Positions 24,054-32,000 of a stretch of DNA of 32,000 nt are shown piece after piece. The stretch's first letter is position 1. The number at the start of each line of letters is the position of its first letter. The position numbers were made by a program, and so were the translations under genes. This DNA is from Flavobacteriaceae bacterium (GTDB taxonomy: Bacteria; Bacteroidota; Bacteroidia; Flavobacteriales; Flavobacteriaceae). The notes under the pieces were generated by a model. It did no database searches, had not been told where the DNA came from, and was given only the letters and a program-made list of their open reading frames with translations. Where the stretch lies: the NCBI GenBank assembly GCA_965224465.1, contig OZ245049.1, positions 3,360,001 to 3,392,000 of the forward strand, read 5' to 3'.

Positions 24054-27000
24054 ATGAAACTTATAGTACTAACTCTTAGTTGTTTAAAATTCACAAAATT
24101 GCATATAGCCTTTTTGTTTGTTTTGTTATCTGTCAATTTTAATGTGCTCTTTGCGCAAACAGTTAATGTCTTTGCTACGCGATATAACATGAGTCTACGC
24201 GGTGACTTCACCATGATTTCCAGCAGTATTCTGAATAGGAAAGATGATAATGGATCTGGTCCCAATGTTTCCTACGCAGGAAGTGCTTTCAATGACTCAT
24301 CTAAGAGGAGGTATATTGAGGTTGATAATGACCCAACTAACTTTTCATCAAGTAGTGATACGTTGACTATCCCCAATAATTCTTGTTTAAAGGTTCAGTT
24401 TGCTGGACGCTATTGGGACGCTATTTACCAGCAGATAAAACGTAATAATGGATATATGAGTTTGCTATTCAGAACACCAGGTGATGCAACCGACATTATT
24501 TTTAATACGGAGGCTGCTTTTGTACCTGATTCGTATGCTTGTTTTGCGGATTTAAGGGGTTTTAGAAAAGGCTTAAGTTTTCCTAAGGAACGGTACTCCA
24601 ATACAAATATTTTCACAAATCAAGGGAAGTCTTCTTGTCATAGAAGGACGTATGCTCTAGATAGTAGTTCTGTTCGAGAGGAAGTTATGTGTTCTGAATT
24701 GTTGAAATTAACTGCTAGTAATGGTTATTTTTCCTATGTTTGGAAAAACGCTAAGGAGGAAATAATCACTGGGGGAGATAAGCAAACTCTTATTGTAAAA
24801 AGTGTAGGTACTTATACGGTTGAAAAAAAAGGAAATCTGTTGTGTATAGATGCGACAGAAACCATAACTGTGGTCCCTTCTAAAAAAGATTTTAAAAACC
24901 CCTTAACTATTAAAGATAAAGGCACTTATTTGTATGTGGACAACGTATTAACTTGTGCAGATAATGGGAGCCAATTATCTGAAATCTATTTATGTGGTAC
25001 GGAGGCATTCAGGGATCTTAATGTAAACACTCAAAGTACTGAGGAGATTAAGTGGCAACAACTGGATAAAAGTTTGGAGGGCGATGCTGATTCTAAATAC
25101 CCTGATTTTAGTACAGAGAATAAAAAATGGATTACGGTTGGTTTTAATAGTTCCTTTAGAGTAAAGGATGCTGGGGAATATCGACTCGAAATTGTATTTC
25201 AAAAAGGGTGTTTTGTACGTTATTATTTCAACGTTTTAAAAACTACAGTAAAACCTAAATTTGTCGGAACAAATCTAAATTGTGGTAAAAATGGAAGTAT
25301 TACTATTTCTAATATTTCCATTTCTTTATATGAATTCAGTGTTGTTTCTAAAGGTGATTCTGCGGGAATATATAGTTCTAAAACTAAGTACGAGATAACT
25401 AAAGCTGGGGACTATAAGGTGTATTACCGTCATATAGGCGCATCTATATCGAGCTGTGTTAGTAATGAAATTCAAATTTCAGATAATAAAATTGATGTTG
25501 ATATAAAAGAAATACATTTCTTGTGTAAGAAAGATAAAGGAGAGATTCGAGTGCATGTTAATAATGTTGAAGGATCTTATACTTTTACATTGAAAAAATC
25601 GAAAAAGAAGAAAGGAGCTGCGTTTGAAACCTTTGAAATCTCTGAAACCTTTAGGTCTATAAATTCAAATAATTATACATTTAAAAATTTGGGTAAAGGA
25701 TCTTACCAAGTGATTGTAAAAACAGATCAATGTTTTGATACAATCAATAATATAAAAATAAAAGAGAATGATCCTTTAACGCTTAAAGCTTTGGTTTCAC
25801 AACATATTTCCTGTAATAAAGGGATTGTTAAAATGAAAGCCGAAGGAGGTCAAAAAGAGTATAATTATGCCATCCATAGTTATAAATTTAAGGAAGATGA
25901 CACATGGACTTTTATCGAAGAGAAAAAGTATAAGTATCAAACCAGTAATGTATTTGAAATTCCTATCAAGGATGCGGGTATTTACAAATTTATTGTTTCT
26001 GATGGTATTTTGTGTACTACAGTATCTAATGAGGTTCAAATCGATATGGAATCTAAGTTTTCTTATGAGGTGTCAAAGACAGATGTCAAATGTAGGTATA
26101 CAGAAAACGAAATAAAAGGTAAAGGAACCATTACCGTAAAACTTCCAAAAAACTTAAAAGGGAATACTCTATCTTATGCATTGGATGATGGTATTGTTGG
26201 AAATAAAAAACACAATGCTATCTTTTCTGATGGAACCTATGTAACTGCTGCTTTTAAGTCCTCAAAAACTTTTTCAGAGTTGCTTTCGGGAGATTACACT
26301 TTAGTTGTACGTGTTAAAAAAGGAGAATCTATTTGTTATTTTGAGGAAAAGATTGTGATTACAGAGCCTAAAACTAACATGTGGGGTGAATTGGTTTTGA
26401 GGAAGAATTCTTGTATTACGAATGCATATTTGTTGCTACGTGATTTTTCGGAACTTAAACAACAAGGCGGAGTTGCTCCGTTTAAGTATTCTATTAATGG
26501 AATTAACTATCAAAAAAGTAGAATATTCCCTCAATATATCCGTAATAAAAAAGGTAAATATTATAGACCTAAGGGGCTTCCTTATGGACATTATTATGGT
26601 TATATTAAAGATGCAAATGGTTGTGTTTTTAGAACGAAGCAACTCAACGTAAAAAAATTGACCCCTCCTACAAATCTTAAGTTTAAGCCTACTATAAATA
26701 CTGGCTCTAAAACAACGGATGTTAGTGTTGGTGTTGTAGGCGGCGTAGCACCATTTACTTATAAAATTATTGCACCAAGTAAAGATATTTTTGATAATAA
26801 AAAGGAAAAAGTATTTAAAGGATTAACGGTTGGGACATATTTGTTTGAGGTAACGGATACAAATGGGTGTTCGTATAAGAAATTTCACACTGTTAAATCC
26901 ATCAAGAGTATTTCTGTTACTGGAATTGTTGGTGCTAACGTAAAATGTGAAGGATCAAAAACAGGAAAGGCGACGCTTACAGTTCCTTGTATAACACCTA

Positions 27001-27245
27001 CCTACTAACTGTTCGAGTAAAGGTAAAAATAAAAGTAGCAGATTAAAAAAAACGAAAATAAGTGTTCTAGTTTTTTTTGGGGTATGTATAAGAAAAAACT
27101 GACGGACGATACTAAGAAATGTGCCGATGCGTATACGCTTAAGGAGCCAAATAAAGATATTAAGATATTATCTTTTGGATATAAGCCTACTGTTACAGTC
27201 TATACTTCTGGGGATTGGGTAATTAAAATATGAATTAAAAGTGAC
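24054..27245 (+). pseudogene. Truncated, decaying paralog (T) of the giant adhesin: only the 5' block, with a ~345-codon internal in-frame deletion, no CTD and no downstream sprF
   Basis: The track ORF 24048-27008 (986 aa; ATG at 24054) aligns to residues 1 to ~1340 of G at roughly two-thirds identity by eye. It jumps from ...IFTNQGK to ...REEVMCSELLKL, whereas G has ~345 residues between IFANQGSKG and KREVVMCSGSLKL. That loses most of the N-terminal module and the DUF11-like domain. The stop is at 27006-27008. Homology to G then continues for ~235 nt, but with stops and frameshifts, and ends. Confidence 0.7.
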
Positions 27246-27261
27246 TAACGGATATGTTATA

Positions 27262-27429
27262 TTAATTACATTTCCAAGTGAAGGTTTAGAAATAGAATTA
27301 TTTTTTGTTCTAGCTAGGCGGAAAAGAGAAGGGTAGTTAGCTATCGTTCTCTTTTTCAACAGCGCTAGGACGTAAAATAAATCATTTATATCGGTTATTA
27401 TGGATTGTAATTGGTATGTATTGTTTTGC
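27262..27429. repeat. Intergenic direct repeat R1 (~165 bp)
   Basis: acatttccaag.ga.ggttta.aaat.g.att...aggcggaaaa..gaagg.tag...gctatcgttct.tttt..aaca.c.cta..acgtaaaataaa...tttatatcggttatt.tg.att.taattggtat recurs 503 nt downstream. It contains a 9-bp stem: AAAAGAGAA (27322-27330) pairing with TTCTCTTTT (27347-27355). Confidence 0.6.
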
Positions 27430-27764
27430 TATAAATAGGACTCTCTTTTTCTTTAAGTCATTTCCTGTTTTTTCTATTGAGATAAATAGAGTCTTCCAAT
27501 AATAATTTGGGATAATTACCAAAGGTAATTTTGTAGATTTTTATCTGGAGATTTAAGTCTATTGATTCATTAAAATTATCCCAACGGATGTGTTTTATAC
27601 ACCTCATTCCACCTACTTCGTTTTTCCTTATTTATATGCGCCTCCAAACACTCTTCTTTCACCATTTTTTCCTCTTGCTATAGGACGTGCGCAGGGTTGA
27701 TAAATAGTAAACATTTTATCTTTTTTAAAATGTATTTTTTGATGAAACAGGTATTGCAATTATA

Positions 27765-27923
27765 TCAAATACATTTCCAAGAGACGGTTTAAAAATGGTA
27801 TTATAGCAAGGCGGAAAATGGAAGGATAGACTTCGCTATCGTTCTGTTTTTTAACAACACTAAAACGTAAAATAAAATTTTTATATCGGTTATTTTGAAT
27901 TTTAATTGGTATAACTTGTTTGT
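27765..27923. repeat. Intergenic direct repeat R2
   Basis: Second copy of R1. The anchor acatttccaag is at 27771, compared with 27268 in R1. Confidence 0.6.
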
Positions 27924-28351
27924 GTCGTTTTTAGTATATTCTATGTTGCTAAAAATACTTATTTATTAGTGTTGGATCTGTGGTCTTTATCTATTTGTAA
28001 ATCAGCGCATAGCGTAAGATGTTAACGGTATTTGTAATCCATATTAAAGGGTATTTACTTGAAAAAAGGTGTGTTTCCCCTGAAAAACAGTTCCCTGAAT
28101 TGGGTTTGTTCTTTTTTTATTGCTATCTTGCTCACGAAACTGTTTATAAAGGATATTTTTTGCAATTACAAAATACAATTTTTTAAACAGTTTTCTTGTT
28201 TTAACCCCATGAAGTTCAGTATAATCAATTGTTTTCGAATTGTTTATTCATTTTTTGGGGGGTGGTTAATTATTTTAATGAAAAACAGATAATAACCATC
28301 ATAAAATAAGTTTATTGTAATATAATTTTAAACTCATAATTAACCCCACTA

Positions 28352-31300
28352 ATGATGATATTTAGAGTATTAACCCCAAACTATTCAAAATACACAAAAC
28401 TGTATATTGCTTTTTTGCTTGTTTTGTTGTCTGTCAATTTTAATGTGCTCTTTGCACAAACAGCTAAGGCTTTTACTGCGCGATATAACACGAGTCTCCG
28501 CGGTGATTTGACCATGATTTCCAATAATATTCTGAATAGGAGAACTACTTGGAGTGGACCCAATGTTTCTTATTGGGGAAGTGCTTTTAATGACGATTCT
28601 GATATGAGGTATATTGATGTGGACAATGATCCGTCAACCTTCTCTTCGAGTAGTGCTACGTTGGCTATTGCGAACAATACGTGTTTAAAGGTCAAGTTTG
28701 CAGGACTCTATTGGGGTGCCATTTACCGGCAGACAAATCGTGATGCTAGTTATACAAGCGTAAGATTTAGGCTTCCTGGTGCTACGAACTATGTGACTGT
28801 AGCTGCAACGGAGACCCTTTTTAATGATCAGACTGCTGTTGCACCTACTAATCGGGTTACTTTTGTGCCAGATCCGTATGCTTGTTTTGCGGATGTAACG
28901 GATTTGTTGAAAGGCTTAAGTTCTCCCCTGGGACAGTATACAGTTGCAAATGTTTTTGCGAATCAAGGGAGAAGAGGAAATGGTGCACCTCCAGGTGGTG
29001 CTGCTGGTGGGTGGACTTTGGTAGTTGTGTATGAGAATCCTCTTCTTACCAACAAAAACATCACTGTTTTTGATGGGTTTTCGGGTGTTAGAACTGGAGT
29101 TACGGCAGATATTCCAGTAACCGGATTTACAACTATTCCTGCAGGGCCTGTAAGGGCTCGAATTGCTGTTTCTTGTTTGGAAGGAGATTTTTCACTTTCA
29201 GGTGATGGGTACAGTGTTAGTACATCCCAAAATACGGGAATATTTTCTCCTTTGTCGGATCCTGCAAACCCAGTGAATAACTTTTTTAATAGTTCGATTA
29301 CTATAAATGGGACTCAATTTAATAATAGAGTGCCTAATAGTAGGAATACTCTTGGATGGGATTCAGATTTATTCACTATTTCCAATCCAGCAAATTCAGT
29401 AATTGGGAATAACGAAACGTCCGCTACCTTAAGGCTTCAAACCAATAGAGATAGCTATTTTGTATTTCAAACGTCCTTTGTGATCGATGTAATAGATCCT
29501 AAAATTACTTTGTTAAAAACGGTGGATGATGGTAATGGAGGTGATTTAGCTGGAACTGATGTTGTTTTGGGTGAGAGTATGTGGTATCAATTGAGTTTTC
29601 AAAATACGGGTAATGATGATGCGATCAACACAACTATTATTGATAGATTACCAATTAATGTAGATTTAGACGAGGCTTCAATTGTTGTGCCGAGTGGTGT
29701 AACGCCTACTTATACTCTACCAACTGCCACCTCTGGAGGTTCTCTTAAATTTATAATAGATGATGCACTTGTGACTGTAGGAGGTGCTAATTATAACATC
29801 CGTTTTAGAGTTAAAGTTACAAGTCAATGCAACGATTTACGTGATGCATGTGAAAATAAAATAGAAAATCAGGCATTTTCTTATTATACGGGTGCCGATA
29901 GTGGTACTATTATAAGTGACGATCCTAGTTTTTATGGCTTGGATCAATGTAATTTCGGAAAATCTGGTGCTACCAATTTTTTAGTGAATGTAACTGGTTG
30001 TAAATTTGAACGAGAGGAAGTGATGTGTTCTGGGTCTTTAGTCTTAACCGCAGGTAGTGGTTATGCTTCTTATGTTTGGAGAAATCCTTTAGGGCAAATA
30101 ATACCAGGGGCAAATAGTCAGACTTATACAGTGAATAGTGTAGGGATTTATACCGTTGAGAAAACTGCCAATGCACCTTGTGTAGATGCAACAGAAATCA
30201 TTACGGTTGTTCTTAATAATGCTGGTTTTGAAAATCCCTTAATTACTCAGGAAGTAAATGGAGATTTTAGGTATGTAGATGCCGTAAAAACATGTCCAAA
30301 CAATGGAATACAATTAGCGGAAATCTATTTATGTGGAACAGAAAGCACTAAAGATATCGTGTTGAATGTTTTAGGTGCTGAAGAAATTAATTGGCAAAAG
30401 TTAGACAGTAACTTGGAAGGAGATGCGTTTGCTGATTGTCCCAATGTTGGAGCATCGAATACTGAATGGACAACCGTTGGTACAGGAAATTCTTTTAGTG
30501 TAAATGACGCTGGTGAATACCGACTCGAAATTGTCTTTCAAGGAGGGTGTTTTGTACGTTATTATTTCAATGTTTTCAAATCTACAGTGAAGCCTGATAT
30601 TGTATCAAAAGATATGTTTTGTGGTGCAGATGGATCAATTACTATTAACAATATCGATACTAACTTATATGAATTCAGCGTTGTCCCAGATGGGCAATTG
30701 CCAGGAACTTTTAGTTCCATAAATACCTATCCCATAAGTACACCTGGTGATTATACGGTGTATTACCGTCAAATCGGTGCTTCTCCATTGGCTTGTGTTC
30801 CTAGCATTGATAAGATTCATATTTTTAAAAGAGATATTGATGTGGACGTATTTCCATCAGTTATACAATGTGAAGGAGCTAAAGGATCCATTCGAGTGCA
30901 AGTAAACAATGTTTCTGGAAACTACTTTTTTGTATTAAAAGATAAGAATGGAGATGTTGTAGGTAAAATTGATGATTCAGAGGTTAATGACCAAAACTTC
31001 GATGGTTTAGATGCTGGTTTTTATCAAGTAATTGTGACCACGCCAGAATGTTCTCAAACAATAAACGATATTGAAATAATAGAACTAGCACCCTTAAAGC
31101 TTACTGCTGTTGTTTCACAGAATATTTCTTGTAAAAAAGGAAAAATTAAAATGAGCTCTACAGGTGGGAAACCACCATATAATTATGCCATACATAGTTA
31201 TATGTTAGAGGGTGATATAGGATGGACTGTTGTCAATCCGTTAGGTTATCAAACAAGTCAAATATTTGATATTCCCTTAAATGGAGCAGGTGTTTATAAA

Positions 31301-32000
31301 TTTATTATGGTTGATGATAATTTGTGTACCACTGTGTCCAATGAGGTTCAAATTATTTTGGAACCTAAGGTTGCGTATACAATTTCAAAAACTGATGTCA
31401 AATGTAAGGGGTCTTCTACGGGAACCATTACCATAAATCTCCCAAACAATCTAAAAGGAAATGCTTTATCCTATGCATTGGATGATGGGATTGTAGGGAA
31501 TGGAGAATATGACGCCATTCTTGCTGATGGATCCTATGATGATGCCGTTTTCTCACCTTCAAATACTTTCTTAAATATACCCGCAGGAGATTATGTTTTA
31601 ATTGTGCGTATTCAAAAAGGAAACGCTGTTTGTTATTTCCCGCAAGATATTCAGATTTTAGAGTCTGAAAATCCTATCGCAGGGAAACTTAATTTACAGA
31701 AAGACCTTTTATGTGGTGAGCTAGGAGAGCTTGTTATTATGGATTTTGTTGGTGATACCGTACCAGGAGGAAAAACACCCTATACGTATTCGATTGATGG
31801 TGTGCTATTTGTTTCTTCAAGTTTGTTTTCTAACCTTACAGAAGGAACGTATTACGGATATATTAAAGATGCGAGTGGTTGTATTTTTAAAACCAATCCA
31901 ATTACTTTACAAAAATTAGATCCTCCGACGGAGCTTTCGTTTAACAATACTGCAATTACCTGTCCTTCGCTAACAACCAATCTTACGGTGAATGTAACGG
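28352..32000 (+). CDS. 5' portion (first ~1216 codons) of a third giant SprB-repeat adhesin paralog (D); continues past the window end
   Basis: NOT in the supplied ORF track, presumably because it has no stop inside the window. My manual translation of frame 2 from ATG 28352 or 28355 gives MMIFRVLTPNYSKYTKLYIAFLLVLLSVNFNVLFAQTAKAFTARYNTSLRGDLTMISNNILNR... It reads without a stop to nt 32000. It stays collinear with G residues 1 to ~1240, including the N-terminal module, the DUF11-like domain and the SprB repeats. Confidence 0.88.
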   Translation, partial: MMIFRVLTPNYSKYTKLYIAFLLVLLSVNFNVLFAQTAKAFTARYNTSLRGDLTMISNNILNRRTTWSGPNVSYWGSAFNDDSDMRYIDVDNDPSTFSSSSATLAIANNTCLKVKFAGLYWGAIYRQTNRDASYTSVRFRLPGATNYVTVAATETLFNDQTAVAPTNRVTFVPDPYACFADVTDLLKGLSSPLGQYTVANVFANQGRRGNGAPPGGAAGGWTLVVVYENPLLTNKNITVFDGFSGVRTGVTADIPVTGFTTIPAGPVRARIAVSCLEGDFSLSGDGYSVSTSQNTGIFSPLSDPANPVNNFFNSSITINGTQFNNRVPNSRNTLGWDSDLFTISNPANSVIGNNETSATLRLQTNRDSYFVFQTSFVIDVIDPKITLLKTVDDGNGGDLAGTDVVLGESMWYQLSFQNTGNDDAINTTIIDRLPINVDLDEASIVVPSGVTPTYTLPTATSGGSLKFIIDDALVTVGGANYNIRFRVKVTSQCNDLRDACENKIENQAFSYYTGADSGTIISDDPSFYGLDQCNFGKSGATNFLVNVTGCKFEREEVMCSGSLVLTAGSGYASYVWRNPLGQIIPGANSQTYTVNSVGIYTVEKTANAPCVDATEIITVVLNNAGFENPLITQEVNGDFRYVDAVKTCPNNGIQLAEIYLCGTESTKDIVLNVLGAEEINWQKLDSNLEGDAFADCPNVGASNTEWTTVGTGNSFSVNDAGEYRLEIVFQGGCFVRYYFNVFKSTVKPDIVSKDMFCGADGSITINNIDTNLYEFSVVPDGQLPGTFSSINTYPISTPGDYTVYYRQIGASPLACVPSIDKIHIFKRDIDVDVFPSVIQCEGAKGSIRVQVNNVSGNYFFVLKDKNGDVVGKIDDSEVNDQNFDGLDAGFYQVIVTTPECSQTINDIEIIELAPLKLTAVVSQNISCKKGKIKMSSTGGKPPYNYAIHSYMLEGDIGWTVVNPLGYQTSQIFDIPLNGAGVYKFIMVDDNLCTTVSNEVQIILEPKVAYTISKTDVKCKGSSTGTITINLPNNLKGNALSYALDDGIVGNGEYDAILADGSYDDAVFSPSNTFLNIPAGDYVLIVRIQKGNAVCYFPQDIQILESENPIAGKLNLQKDLLCGELGELVIMDFVGDTVPGGKTPYTYSIDGVLFVSSSLFSNLTEGTYYGYIKDASGCIFKTNPITLQKLDPPTELSFNNTAITCPSLTTNLTVNVT

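Larger units (their letters stand above)
16259..27245 (+). repeat. Tandem segmental-duplication unit, copy 2 (carries the IS insertion and a ~1 kb in-frame deletion relative to copy 1)
   Basis: Same element order as 1-10640. Homology decays and stops near 27245, which corresponds to nt ~10640 of copy 1. Confidence 0.85.

Noticed and set aside
27507-27582. Short inverted repeats in the spacer: gggataatt/aattatccc about 55 nt apart, and an inner AATTACC aaa GGTAATT hairpin
   Set aside because: The stems are short (7-9 bp) and AT-rich, which is expected by chance in this composition. They are not repeated elsewhere in the window and no functional context is evident.
28059-28292. 77-aa + strand ORF (TTG start) upstream of paralog D
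   Set aside because: It has a non-ATG start, a Phe/Ile/Lys-rich low-complexity product, no recognisable motif and no paralog. It sits in the decayed intergenic region and is probably spurious.

Overview
Visibly AT-rich window in which every credible feature lies on the + strand. It is an accessory cell-surface locus of the kind found in Flavobacteriia (Bacteroidota). That assignment is inferred from T9SS type-B C-terminal sorting domains paired with PorP/SprF-family genes.

Layout, left to right:
- (A) 1-4524: the 3' 4.5 kb of a giant SprB-repeat adhesin whose start lies upstream of the window, followed by a sprF-like gene and a terminator.
- 5570-5940: an orphan, dead copy of the adhesin 5' leader plus signal-peptide region.
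- (G) 6410-20785: a complete 14.4 kb adhesin gene of about 4790 aa, followed by a second sprF-like gene and terminator.
- 21833-23700: a second orphan leader, split by an intact IS4-family insertion sequence (22005-23576).
- (T) 24054-27245: a truncated, decaying adhesin paralog.
- 27246-28351: 1.1 kb with no convincing gene, carrying a ~165 bp direct repeat.
- (D) 28352-32000: a third adhesin paralog that runs off the window and is absent from the supplied ORF track.

Window 1-10640 and window 16259-27245 are two copies of one tandem unit (period ~16.26 kb), and identity between them is strongly non-uniform along the unit. I found no defence system, CRISPR array, rRNA or tRNA.

The most interesting signal is the architecture itself. 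Giant adhesin genes share conserved 5' and 3' blocks, leader cassettes are reiterated, adhesin and sprF appear to be co-homogenised, and one paralog is silent and truncated. Together these look like a recombination-driven adhesin diversification or copy-number locus. That is an inference and has not been demonstrated.
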